Positions 1-12,138 of a stretch of DNA of 64,000 bases are shown here, one piece after another. Each line of letters opens with the position of its first letter. The first letter of the stretch is position 1. Source of the DNA: an uncultured Gemmatimonadales bacterium (GTDB lineage Bacteria > Gemmatimonadota > Gemmatimonadetes > Gemmatimonadales > GWC2-71-9); contig CAWJMT010000003.1 of the NCBI GenBank assembly GCA_963844035.1, positions 1-64,000 on the forward strand, in the 5' to 3' direction. The position numbers and the translations under genes are program-made. The notes beneath the pieces were generated by a model. It saw only the letters and a program-made list of their open reading frames with translations. It did not search any database and was not told the origin of the DNA.

Positions 1-480
1 ATCCAGCTCGACTACGCGGCGCCCGAGCGGTTCGGCATGATCTACGTCGGCGAGGACAACAGCGAGCACCGGCCGGTGGTCATCCATCGCGCGGTGAGCG
101 GCTCGTTCGAGCGGTTCATGGCGATTCTCATCGAGCACTTCGCCGGCGCCTTCCCGCTCTGGCTCTCGCCGGAGCAGGTGCGCGTGCTGCCGATTGCCGA
201 GGGCCAGGCGGCGGCGGCGCGCGCCGTCCACGAGCGGTTCCGGGCCGCCGGGATCCGCTCGCACTTGGACGAGCGCAACGAAACGCTGAACTACAAGGTG
301 CGCGACGGCGAGGTGCAGAAGGTGCCGTATCTCGCGGTGGTCGGAGAGCGCGAGGCGCAAGCCGGAACGGTCGCGGTACGCGTGCGCGGGGCGGGGAAGA
401 AGCAGGATATTGTCCCGGTGGAAGAGTTCCTCGGCAGGCTGACGGAGGAGATTCGCACCCGGGCTTCCACGTTAGGTTGA
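1..480 (+). CDS. thrS: Threonyl-tRNA synthetase, C-terminal part (5' truncated by window)
   Basis: IQLDY...[37 protein letters not shown] motif 3 and anticodon-binding domain ([15 protein letters not shown]). Confidence 0.97.
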   Translation: MQLDYAAPERFGMIYVGEDNSEHRPVVIHRAVSGSFERFMAILIEHFAGAFPLWLSPEQVRVLPIAEGQAAAARAVHERFRAAGIRSHLDERNETLNYKVRDGEVQKVPYLAVVGEREAQAGTVAVRVRGAGKKQDIVPVEEFLGRLTEEIRTRASTLG

Positions 481-567
481 GATGTGGGTGCGAATGCGGG
501 ATGCGCGGGGTAGGAACACGAGCGGGTCCGCAGACTCCGGACCAATTCCGGATTGGAAAGGGGCGGG

Positions 568-1756
568 ATGCCACCGACAGCACCACCCCCGTCATCCTCA
601 GCGCGGTCCGCACGCCGATCGGGCGCTATCTGGGCGGGCTCGCGCCGCTCCCCGCGCCCCGGCTGGGCGCCCTGGTGATCCGCGAAACGGTGCGTCGCGC
701 CGGCGTTGACCCCGCCGCCGTGGACGAGGTCATCTTCGGCAACGTGCTGCAGGGTGGAGTCGGGCAGGCGCCCGCCCGCCAGGCGGCGATCCACGCCGGG
801 CTCCCCGGCACCATCCCGGCACTCACGATCAACAAGGTGTGCGGCTCCGGCTTGAAGGCCGTGATGCTCGCCGCGCAGGCGATTCGCGCGGGGGACGAGC
901 AGTGCGTCGTCGCCGGCGGGATGGAGTCCATGTCCAACGCGGTGCACTACGTGTACGGGATGCGCGCCGGGATCAAGGCGGGCAACGGCCAGCTGTGGAC
1001 GGCATGATTCACGATGGGCTGTGGGACTCGTTCTCGAACACGCACATGGGAAACCTCGCCGAGTACACCGCCAAGAAGGCGGGCGTCACGCGCGAGGATC
1101 AGGACCGCTTCGCGGTTGCGAGCCACCAGAAGGCGGTGGCGGCGATGACGGCGGGTCGCTTCAAGGCCGAGCTGGTACCGGTCGAGATCGCAGGGAAGAA
1201 AGGCGCCACGGTCGTCGAGCAGGACGAAGGGCCGCGCAAGGACACCTCCCTCGAGGCGCTCGCGGCACTCCAGCCTTCCTTTGAGAAGGACGGGACGGTC
1301 ACCCCGGGCAACGCGCCGGGGTTGAACGACGGCGCCAGCGCGCTGGTGGTCACGTCCCTCGCCTTCGCGCGCGCACATGGGCTCGCCCCGCTGGCGCGCA
1401 TCACCGCCTACGCGACCGGCGGTGGGGACCCGAAGGATCTGTTCTTCGCGCCGATCGTCGCCGTGCGTACGCTGCTCACAAAGACTGGGACGACGATCGG
1501 TGACTACGATCTGATCGAGGCGAACGAGGCGTTCGCCGTTCAGGCGCTGGCAGATGGACGGGCCCTCGGCTGGGACTGGGACCGGGTCAACGTGAACGGG
1601 GGCGCGATCGCGCTCGGCCACCCCATCGGCGCCTCGGGCGCGCGCGTGCTCACGACGCTGCTTCATGCGCTCAAGGACCGGAAGCGAACGTCCGGGCTCG
1701 CGACCCTGTGTCTGGGCGGCGGCAATGCGGTGGCGTTGAGCGTGGAGCTGATGTGA
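568..1756 (+). CDS. Acetyl-CoA C-acetyltransferase (thiolase); apparent frameshifts near 572 and ~997
   Basis: [18 protein letters not shown] (catalytic Cys), [25 protein letters not shown]; split over ORFs 477..1007 and 839..1756. Confidence 0.93.
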
Positions 1757-2622
1757 GGCTGCGCCCGCTGGGCGTCGCTCTCGCCTGGATCGCGCTGTTC
1801 GTCGTCGTCAGTGGCGCTGTCGGGGTCGGACTCACCCAAGTGTCCATGCGCGCCGCTGACCGCTTCTTCCTCGGCCTCCCCGACTTCGCATCCCCCTGGT
1901 TCCTGGCGGTGCTCGCTCCCTGTTGGGTGATCGGATTTGGGGTGGCGACCTGGCTCGTCGGCGCGCGTCTGGCGAAGCATTCCTGGGCCGAGTTGGGGTG
2001 GCGTGCGGAGAGTGGAGCGGCGCGCGCGCTGCTCCGGGGCTGTGCGGTCGGCGCGATGGCGGCGGCGCTCGCGGTGGCGCTCGCGATCGTACCCGGCGGA
2101 GCCCGGCTGCGTTTTGCTCATCACTGGTCAGCCTATCTCGCGGTGGCGGCGCCGGTGGCTGTGGGGTTGCTGGCCGCGGCATTGGCTGAGGAGCTGGCGT
2201 TCCGCGGATTTCCGCTGCGCCGCCTCGCCGGCGCGCTGGGCGCGTGGCGGGCGACCATACTGCTCGCGATTGCATTTGGCCTGACGCACTTCCTCAACCC
2301 CAACGCCAGCGTGTTCGGGATCCTGAATGTCGCGCTTGCCGGCGTGTGGTTGTCGGTCGCATTCTTTTCGCCGGGGGGCATCGTGCTGGGGTGGGGCCTG
2401 CACTTCGGCTGGAATCTCGGACTCGCACTGCTCGGCGCGCCGGTGAGCGGCATGCGGCTCGGGCCGCCGCAAGCGGCGTATCACCCGGGTCCGCACGCAT
2501 GGTTCGACGGCGGGGCGTTCGGGCCGGAGGGCGGGTTGGTGGGGACGATCGCGATCGCCGCGGGCGTGGCTGCGGTCGTCGGCTCGCGGGTACGCCGGCC
2601 GCAGGCCTGGCTGGCAGCATGA
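1753..2622 (+). CDS. CPBP (CAAX/Abi) family intramembrane glutamic endopeptidase
   Basis: Multi-TM protein with EELAFRG, FGLTH, LHFGWN, GGAFGPEGG motifs; GTG start overlaps thiolase stop. Confidence 0.88.
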   Translation: MRLRPLGVALAWIALFVVVSGAVGVGLTQVSMRAADRFFLGLPDFASPWFLAVLAPCWVIGFGVATWLVGARLAKHSWAELGWRAESGAARALLRGCAVGAMAAALAVALAIVPGGARLRFAHHWSAYLAVAAPVAVGLLAAALAEELAFRGFPLRRLAGALGAWRATILLAIAFGLTHFLNPNASVFGILNVALAGVWLSVAFFSPGGIVLGWGLHFGWNLGLALLGAPVSGMRLGPPQAAYHPGPHAWFDGGAFGPEGGLVGTIAIAAGVAAVVGSRVRRPQAWLAA

Positions 2623-3467
2623 GCCGCGTAACGGTGCTGGGCGCTGGGACGATGGGCAGCGGCATCGCACAGGTGTTCGCGCAAGGCGGCTGGGCGACGA
2701 CCCTGTCGGACGTGTCGGGCCCCGCACTCGAAAAGGCCCTCGACACCATCCGGCGCAACCTCGACCGCCAGGTGAAGAAGGCCGCGCTCACGCCGGAGCA
2801 GCGCGACGCCACGCTTGGCAGGATCCGCAGCGCCGCGCTCCCCGATGCGGCGGCGGATGCAGACCTCGTAGTCGAGGCGGCTACGGAAGATCGCGTCACC
2901 AAGTTCAAGATCTTCCAGGAGGTCGATCGGGCTGCGCCTCCCGCCGCGATCCTCGCAAGCAACACCTCGTCGATATCCATCACGGCAATCGCTGGCCAAA
3001 CGAAGCGCCCGGCGCAGGTGATCGGCATGCATTTCATGAACCCGGTGCCGGTGATGCAGCTCGTTGAGGTCGTCCGCGGGCTCGACACGTCCGATCAGAC
3101 CACCCAACGCGTGATCGAGATCGCGACCGCGCTTGGCAAGACGCCGGTGACGGTGCGGGACGCTCCGGGGTTCGTGTCCAATCGTGTGCTGATGCCGATG
3201 ATCAACGAGGCGATCTTCTGCGTGATGGAAGGCGTGGCGAGCCCCGAGGCCGTGGACACGGTGATGAAGCTCGGCATGAACCATCCGCTCGGTCCCCTCG
3301 CGCTGGCGGACCTGATCGGGCTGGACGTATGTCTCGCGATCCTGCAGGTGCTGCACCGCGACCTGGGGGACGACAAGTACCGGCCCGCCCCGCTGCTCGC
3401 GCAAATGGTCGCAGCCGGCCGGCTCGGAAAGAAGAGCGGCCGGGGCTTCTATGTCTACGGCGCTTGA
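2619..3467 (+). CDS. hbd: 3-hydroxybutyryl-CoA dehydrogenase
   Basis: GAGTMGSG Rossmann fold, ASNTSS, GMHFMNPVP, PGFVSNR, GRLGKKSGRGFY. Confidence 0.93.
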   Translation: MSRVTVLGAGTMGSGIAQVFAQGGWATTLSDVSGPALEKALDTIRRNLDRQVKKAALTPEQRDATLGRIRSAALPDAAADADLVVEAATEDRVTKFKIFQEVDRAAPPAAILASNTSSISITAIAGQTKRPAQVIGMHFMNPVPVMQLVEVVRGLDTSDQTTQRVIEIATALGKTPVTVRDAPGFVSNRVLMPMINEAIFCVMEGVASPEAVDTVMKLGMNHPLGPLALADLIGLDVCLAILQVLHRDLGDDKYRPAPLLAQMVAAGRLGKKSGRGFYVYGA

Positions 3468-4605
3468 CTCCGCGGGCCTCTCCGAGACGCAACGTCAGAT
3501 CGTCGAGCTGGCTCGCGACTTCGCGCGCACCCACATCGAGCCGCACGCGGCCGAGTGGGACCGCGCGGCGCAGCTGCCGCGCACCGTACTGACGGAGCTG
3601 GGCACGCTCGGGTTCTTGGGGATGATGACGCCCGAAGCGGACGATGGGCTGGGGCTCGATACGCTCACCTACCTGCTCGCGCTCGAGGAGCTCGCAGCCG
3701 CCGATGCCAGCCTCGCGGTCTCGGTCGGGATGCAGCATGCAGTGCAGAGCGGCCTGCTGCAGCCGCGTGGGACCGCGGCGCAGCGGGAGCGCTGGTTGCG
3801 GCCGCTCGCGCGCGGTGAGCTGCTCGCAGGGATCGCGCTTGCCGAGCCCGACGCGGGCTCGGACGCCGGAGCGTTGCGCACGCAGGCGGTGCGTGAGGGT
3901 GACGGCTGGGTGCTCACCGGCACGAAAGCATGGGTGACGAACGGCGCGACCGCTGATTTCGTGATCGTGCTGGCCCGCACCGCATCGGTGCCCGGCGCCG
4001 GGGGAATGTCCGCGTTCATCGTCCCGACCAATGTTGCGGGATACCGGCCGGGTGAGCGCGCGGACACGATGGGCTTGCGGGCATCGAATACGGTCTCGGT
4101 TACGCTCGACGGCGTGCGCCTGCCGCGTGAGCACTTGCTGGGCGAGGAGGGCAGCGGGCTCACCTACGCGCTCGAGGCGCTCGATATCGGGCGCCTGGGC
4201 ACTGCGATCGTGGCGGTGGGGATTGCGCGGCGGGCGCTCGAGCACGCCATCGCCTACTGCGCGGAGCGGAAGCAATTCGGCCGGGCGCTGCGCGAGTTCG
4301 AGGCGCTGCAGTTCAAGCTGGCCGACATGGCCACGCGCGTCGCGGCGGCGCGGGCGCTCGCACACGCCGCGGCGGCGCAACGGGACCGGGGAGAGGGGGT
4401 CACGCCGCAGGCGAGCATGGCCAAGCTGCTTGCCTCCGAGACGGCGATGTGGGTGACGACCCAGGCGATCCAGCTGTTCGGCGGGTACGGCTACATGCGT
4501 GACTTCCCGGTTGAGAAGCTGTTCCGGGACGCCAAGGGGACGGAGATTCTGGACGGGACCAGCGAGATGCTGCGCCTTGAGATTGCTGGGCGCATGGGGG
4601 GATAG
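3451..4605 (+). CDS. Acyl-CoA dehydrogenase family protein
   Basis: EPDAGSD, GTKAWVTN, RKQFG, QLFGGYGY, EKLFRDAK. Confidence 0.93.
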   Translation: MSTALDSAGLSETQRQIVELARDFARTHIEPHAAEWDRAAQLPRTVLTELGTLGFLGMMTPEADDGLGLDTLTYLLALEELAAADASLAVSVGMQHAVQSGLLQPRGTAAQRERWLRPLARGELLAGIALAEPDAGSDAGALRTQAVREGDGWVLTGTKAWVTNGATADFVIVLARTASVPGAGGMSAFIVPTNVAGYRPGERADTMGLRASNTVSVTLDGVRLPREHLLGEEGSGLTYALEALDIGRLGTAIVAVGIARRALEHAIAYCAERKQFGRALREFEALQFKLADMATRVAAARALAHAAAAQRDRGEGVTPQASMAKLLASETAMWVTTQAIQLFGGYGYMRDFPVEKLFRDAKGTEILDGTSEMLRLEIAGRMGG

Positions 4606-4660
4606 ACGCTAGGACGCTAAGACGCCAAGACGTTAAGACGCCAAGACGCTGAGGCGCCTA
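4605..4660. repeat. Imperfect 8-bp tandem repeat, 7 units (consensus GACGCYAA)
   Basis: gacgctag gacgctaa gacgccaa gacgttaa gacgccaa gacgctga ggcgccta. Confidence 0.9.
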
Positions 4661-4665
4661 GCCTT

Positions 4666-4695
4666 TTGCAGAGAGGGCGGGTGGGAGGCTATCAT
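4666..4695 (+). promoter_or_regulatory. Putative sigma70 promoter for rpiB-glyA
   Basis: TTGCAG-N18-TATCAT upstream of GGAGG RBS and GTG 4747. Confidence 0.5.
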
Positions 4696-4746
4696 GTGGC
4701 GGATGGCGTGGCAGGGAAGGGCACGCCGACACACGGAGGGGACACG

Positions 4747-5184
4747 GTGGCTGAGCAGATCTACATCGGCGCGGATCATGCGGGCTTCGCGCTCAAGCAG
4801 AAGCTGGTGGAGGAGTTGAAGCGCCTGGGCTATGAGCCGGTGGACGTCGGTCCCAAGACGCTCGATCCGCTGGACGATTTCCCCGATTTTGCCAAGCCGG
4901 TGGCGGCGGCGGTGAGCGCGGGCAAGGCGCCGCGGGGGGTGCTGACCTGCGGGTCGGGACTCGGGATGTCCTACACCGCGAACCGCTTCCCGCACGTGCG
5001 GGCCGCGGTCGCGTGGAGCTCCGAGGTCGCCGAGCTGGCCCGCAAGCACAACGACGCCAACATCCTCGTACTCCCGGCGCGGTTTGTGAGCGACGCCGAG
5101 GGGTTGGACATTCTCCACAAGTGGCTCGACACTGCGTTCGAGGGTGGCCGCCACGCGCGGCGCGTCGAGAAGATCGAGTCATGA
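4747..5184 (+). CDS. rpiB: Ribose 5-phosphate isomerase B
   Basis: [33 protein letters not shown]. Confidence 0.95.
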   Translation: MAEQIYIGADHAGFALKQKLVEELKRLGYEPVDVGPKTLDPLDDFPDFAKPVAAAVSAGKAPRGVLTCGSGLGMSYTANRFPHVRAAVAWSSEVAELARKHNDANILVLPARFVSDAEGLDILHKWLDTAFEGGRHARRVEKIES

Positions 5185-6467
5185 GCGACCGTCTCGCCCC
5201 ACTGGCCAAGGCCGACCCCGCCATCGCCGCGCTGGTACGGCGCGAGCAGGACCGGCAGGAGCACGGGCTCGAGCTGATCGCGAGCGAGAACTTCGTTTCG
5301 GTCGCGGTGCTCGAAGCGGCGGGCACGGTGCTGACCAACAAGTATGCCGAGGGCGTGCCGCGCAAGCGGTACTACGGCGGGTGCGAGGTGATCGACGAGG
5401 TCGAGCAGCTCGCGGTGGACCGGGCCAAGCAGCTGTTCGGCGCCGAGCACGTCAACGTGCAGCCGCACTCGGGCGCGCAGGCGAACATGGCCGCGTACCT
5501 CGCGGTGGCGAAGCCGGGCGACAAGCTTATGGGCCTCGCCCTGCCGCACGGCGGCCACCTGACGCACGGCTCCCCGGTGAACTTCTCCGGCACGCTGTTC
5601 CAGGCCACGTCGTATGGTGTGCGCGAGGACACGGGCCGTATCGACTACGATGAGGTGCGCGAGCTGGCGCGGCGCGAGCGGCCGCGGCTGCTCATCGGAG
5701 GCAGCAGCGCCTACGCGCGCATCATCGACTTCCCTGCGCTGCGGAGCATCGCCGACGAAGTGGGCGCGCTGCTCGTCGTGGACATGGCCCATTTCGCGGG
5801 GCTCGTGGCGGCGGGGCTTCATCCCTCGCCCGTCCCGCACGCCCAAATCGTCACGACCACCACGCACAAGACGCTGCGCGGCCCCCGGGGCGGGATGATT
5901 CTTTGCCTCGAAGCATACGCCAAGGACGTGGACAAGCAGGTATTCCCCGGCACGCAGGGCGGCCCGCTCGAGCACATCATCGCCGCCAAGGCCGTCGCGC
6001 TGGGCGAGGCGCTCCAGCCCGACTTCAAGGTGTACGCGGCGCAGGTCATCAAGAACGCCCAGGCGCTCGCCGCTGCGCTGATCGCGCGCGGCTATGCCAT
6101 CGTTTCGGGCGGCACCGATACGCACCTGATGCTGGTGGACCTTCGTCCCAAGCAGGTCACGGGGAAGGAGGCGCAGGAGCTGCTGGACAAGGCCCAGATC
6201 ACGGTGAACAAGAACACGATCCCGGGCGATCCGCAGAAGGCGTTCGTCACGAGCGGGATTCGCCTCGGCACGCCGGCGGTCACGACGCGCGGGCTGCGGG
6301 AGCCGGAGATGGAGATGATCGCCGACCTGATCGACACCGTGCTCACCAAGAAGGACGACGCGACCATTGCGCGCGTGAAGACCAGCGTGCGCGCGCTGGC
6401 CGACCGGTTCCCGCTGTACGTCGCCCCGCGCGCGCCGGCCGCCCAGGCCGCCGCGTCACACGTCTGA
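5181..6467 (+). CDS. glyA: Serine hydroxymethyltransferase
   Basis: [40 protein letters not shown]. Confidence 0.98.
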   Translation: MSDRLAPLAKADPAIAALVRREQDRQEHGLELIASENFVSVAVLEAAGTVLTNKYAEGVPRKRYYGGCEVIDEVEQLAVDRAKQLFGAEHVNVQPHSGAQANMAAYLAVAKPGDKLMGLALPHGGHLTHGSPVNFSGTLFQATSYGVREDTGRIDYDEVRELARRERPRLLIGGSSAYARIIDFPALRSIADEVGALLVVDMAHFAGLVAAGLHPSPVPHAQIVTTTTHKTLRGPRGGMILCLEAYAKDVDKQVFPGTQGGPLEHIIAAKAVALGEALQPDFKVYAAQVIKNAQALAAALIARGYAIVSGGTDTHLMLVDLRPKQVTGKEAQELLDKAQITVNKNTIPGDPQKAFVTSGIRLGTPAVTTRGLREPEMEMIADLIDTVLTKKDDATIARVKTSVRALADRFPLYVAPRAPAAQAAASHV

Positions 6468-6499
6468 CGATTCCCACCGTCCGAGGCTAGCGCATCCGC

Positions 6500-6951
6500 A
6501 TGGCAGAGACCGGGTCGGGTCGAGACCCCAGGAGCTCGGGCGGGTTCACCGTCCACATCGCGGACGAGCTCGAGGTCTACTTCAACGAAGTCGCGCACGG
6601 GCGGCCCGTCGGGTTCGTCGGCTCCCTCAAGTGGAAGCCGCCGACCGATGTGTACGAGACCGAGGACGCCGTCGTCGTGCACATGGACATCGCGGGGATG
6701 CGCGCGGGCGACTTCCACGTGGAGCTCGCCGACAGCATCCTGACGATCTCGGGCGAGCGCTTGGCGCGGCGCGAAGGCAAGCGCCACTACCACGCGATGG
6801 AAATCCAGATCGGTCCCTTCGAACGGCGGCTGCGCATTCCGGCCCCGGTCGATCCCGACAGCGTGCACGCGAGCTATGAGGCAGGCTTCCTCGAGGTCCG
6901 CCTCCGCAAGGTCACGCCGCGTCGCTCCGGCACGCACTCCGTGAAAGTCGA

Positions 6952-6955
<4 letters not shown>
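6500..6955 (+). CDS. Hsp20/alpha-crystallin small heat-shock protein
   Basis: WKPPTDVYET...DIAGM...LTISGER...GPFERRLRIP...ASYEAGFLEVRL. Confidence 0.9.
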
Positions 6956-9386
<2,431 letters not shown>

Positions 9387-9390
<4 letters not shown>

Positions 9391-9776
9391 GTGAGTTCGC
9401 CACGCTCGAGCAGGCGTTCGCCCAGATCCGCGAGCGCGACGGCCGCTACCAGGAGCGCGGCTACCTGTTCGTGCTGGCGGCGCTCGAGTTCGCGCAGGGC
9501 CGGCTCCCCGCGCGGCGCCACCTCACGGGTGCGGAGCTGGCGTGGGCGTGCCGCGACTTTGCGTTGGAGCAATTCGGTCTGCTGGCGCCCGCCGTGCTCG
9601 AGTACTGGGGCGTCACCAGCACCACCGACTTTGGCCGCATCGTGTTCATGCTCATCGACGTCGGGTTGCTCGCGCGGCAGGAAGAAGACCGGGTCGAGGA
9701 TTTCGACGGGGTGTACGATTTCGACGGCGTGTTCCGGGCCGGCTACCGCTGGCCCGGGGTTGGGGGACGCACGTAG
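9387..9776 (+). CDS. Minf_1886 family protein
   Basis: RDGRY..YLFVLAAL..RHLTGAEL..ALEQFGLLA..VLEYWGV.ST.DFGRIVF.LI..GLL...EDF; ATG overlaps lon stop. Confidence 0.8.
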
Positions 9777-9802
9777 CCGGCGATGCATTAGACTTGGCCG
9801 CC

Positions 9803-10618
9803 GTGCGCGCGCCCGCCGTGAGCGGCCGCTTCTATCCGGGCACACAGCACGAGCTCGAGGGCGCGGTGCGCGGGTTGCTCGCGCAGGTGCCCGACGCCGT
9901 CCCCGGACCGGCCCGCGGGGCCCTCGCTCCGCACGCCGGATACCTCTACTCCGGAATCACCGCTGCCTGCGTGTTCGCCCGCCTCACGATTCCTCCGCTG
10001 GTCGTCATTCTGGCTCCGAACCATACCGGTGTTTGCCGCGCCCCCGGTGGCGCGTCCCTGTGGGAGGCGGGCGTGTTCCGCACGCCGCTCGGTGACGTGA
10101 CGGTGGACGAGCATTTCGCCGCGCTGCTGCTGGGCGCCAGCCCGCTGCTCGCCGCCGACCACGAGGCGCACCGCGCCGAGCACGCGATCGAGGTGCAGCT
10201 GCCGTTCCTGCAAGTGCTCCGCTCCGACGTCCGCATCGTGCCGGTCGTGCTCGCCTGGGACGCGTGGACGGAGTGCCGCGCGCTGGGCCTTGCCCTGGCG
10301 CAGCTGGTGGCGCAATGGCCCGAGCCGGTCCTGCTGCTCGCGTCGAGCGATCTCAACCACTACGAGCCGGCGTCTGTTTCGGAGCGCAAGGACAGCGCGG
10401 CGCTGGATGCGCTCGCAGATCTGGACGGCGAGGAGCTGCTCGCCCGCTGCCGGCGCGGTGCCATCTCCATGTGCGGGCGCGCCCCGGCCGCTGCCGTCGC
10501 CGCGGCGACCCGCGCGCTCGGCGCGGTGGCCGGGACGGTCGTCGACTACCGGCATTCGGGCTGGGTGACCGGTGATGACGATGCCGTCGTAGGTTATGGC
10601 GGAATGGTGATCGCATGA
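9803..10618 (+). CDS. AmmeMemoRadiSam system protein B (MEMO1 family)
   Basis: RAPAVSGRFYP, PHAGYLYSG, PNHTG, EHAIEVQLPFLQ, ASSDLNHY, SMCG, VVGYG; start could instead be TTG 9794. Confidence 0.92.
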   Translation: MRAPAVSGRFYPGTQHELEGAVRGLLAQVPDAVPGPARGALAPHAGYLYSGITAACVFARLTIPPLVVILAPNHTGVCRAPGGASLWEAGVFRTPLGDVTVDEHFAALLLGASPLLAADHEAHRAEHAIEVQLPFLQVLRSDVRIVPVVLAWDAWTECRALGLALAQLVAQWPEPVLLLASSDLNHYEPASVSERKDSAALDALADLDGEELLARCRRGAISMCGRAPAAAVAAATRALGAVAGTVVDYRHSGWVTGDDDAVVGYGGMVIA

Positions 10619-12138
10619 ATCCGATTCCGGTGCTCTCCGCCACCGAGGCGGCCGCGTGGGATACCGTGTCGCGCACGCAGTACCGCGTCCCGAGCCGGGT
10701 CCTGATGGAGGCTGCCGGGCGCGCCACAGCACAGGTGCTCGTCCAGGAGTTTCCGGCGACCGTCGCCGGCGGCGTGCTGGTGGTCGCGGGGGCGGGGAAC
10801 AACGGCGGTGACGGCTGGGTGATCGCCCGCGCGCTGCACGCGTCGGGCGTGCCGGTGTGGGTCGCGGGGCTCGATCCCAAGACCGACGACGCGATCGACA
10901 ACCGCGCGCTGGCGCGCGTCGATGGCGTGCGCGAGCTGGGACGCGCCGAGCCGTGGCCGGTGGCGGCCGTGGTAGTGGACGCGCTGCTCGGCACCGGTGC
11001 CGCGGGCCCGGCGCGCGGGGAAGTGCTCGCGCTGGCGCAGCGGATCGTCACGTACGGCGCCCCCGTGGTCGCCGTTGACGGACCCACCGGCCTCGACCTG
11101 TCGAGCGGAGAGGCGCACGGTCCCGTGCGCGCGCGCGTCAGCATCACGTTCGGCGGCGTGCGGCGCGGCCACCTGCTGGCGCGCGAATGGTGCGGGCGCG
11201 TGATCGTGGTAGACATCGGCCTGCCGCCGCCCGATCCGGCGTGGCCGCTGCTCGTCACCGACGGTTGGGCGGGCGCGCGCCTGCCGCGTCTCTCACCGAC
11301 CATGCACAAGGGCGACCGGGGCCGTGTGACCGTCGTCGGCGGAGCGGCCGGCATGACCGGCGCCGCGCTCCACGCGGCGCGGGCCGCGCTCGCCGCCGGT
11401 GCCGGCCTGGTCAAGCTGGTGGCGGCGCCGGACACGATCGCGGCCGCGCGCGCCAGCCTCCCCGATGTGCTCACCGTCGAATCGGCGCTCGGGCCCGAGC
11501 TCGAGCCCGCCGTCGCCGACGCGCTCGACTGGGCCGATGCGCTGGTGGTGGGACCGGGCCTCGGACGCGAGCCCGCGCGGGGCGCGTTCCTGCAAGCCGT
11601 GCTGGCGCGCCGGCCGGTTCCCACGGTCGTGGACGCCGACGCGCTCACCCTGTTTCAGGGGGAAGCGGCGCGACCCATCGTGTTCACGCCCCACCTGGGC
11701 GAATTCCGCGCACTGTTCGGCGATCAGCTCGCCGATGCCGCAGCCAATGACCGTTGGGCGGCCGCCGCGAAAGCGGCCCAGAAGGTTCGGGGCACCGTCC
11801 TCCTGAAGGGCGTCCCAACGGTGATCGCCGACCTGCGTGGGCCGGTACACGTTGTGGCGAGCGGCAATCCCGGACTCGCGACCGGCGGGTCGGGGGACCT
11901 GCTCGCCGGGTTCATCGGTGCGTTCCTCGCGCGCGGTGGCGCCCCGCCGGAAGCGGCCGCGCTGGGCGCGCACGCCCTCGGCCGCGCCGCCGAGCAGGGC
12001 GCCCGGCAGTGGACGGCCCGCAGCCTCCGCCCCGCCGACGTGCTCGCCGCCCTCCCCGACATTTGGCGCGCCTGGGCCGAAACCAAGGCATCCGGTCCAC
12101 CGGTGGTGACGCAGCTGGAATCGCCGGAGACGGAATGA
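10615..12138 (+). CDS. nnr: Bifunctional NAD(P)H-hydrate epimerase/dehydratase
   Basis: LMEAAG, GAGNNGGDG, DALLGTG, HKGDRG, GPGLG, DADAL, TPHLGEF, LATGGSGDLLAG. Confidence 0.95.
   Translation: MNPIPVLSATEAAAWDTVSRTQYRVPSRVLMEAAGRATAQVLVQEFPATVAGGVLVVAGAGNNGGDGWVIARALHASGVPVWVAGLDPKTDDAIDNRALARVDGVRELGRAEPWPVAAVVVDALLGTGAAGPARGEVLALAQRIVTYGAPVVAVDGPTGLDLSSGEAHGPVRARVSITFGGVRRGHLLAREWCGRVIVVDIGLPPPDPAWPLLVTDGWAGARLPRLSPTMHKGDRGRVTVVGGAAGMTGAALHAARAALAAGAGLVKLVAAPDTIAAARASLPDVLTVESALGPELEPAVADALDWADALVVGPGLGREPARGAFLQAVLARRPVPTVVDADALTLFQGEAARPIVFTPHLGEFRALFGDQLADAAANDRWAAAAKAAQKVRGTVLLKGVPTVIADLRGPVHVVASGNPGLATGGSGDLLAGFIGAFLARGGAPPEAAALGAHALGRAAEQGARQWTARSLRPADVLAALPDIWRAWAETKASGPPVVTQLESPETE

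Noticed and set aside
4605..4660. CRISPR array
   Set aside because: Units are 8 bp and contiguous with no spacers; no cas genes in the window.
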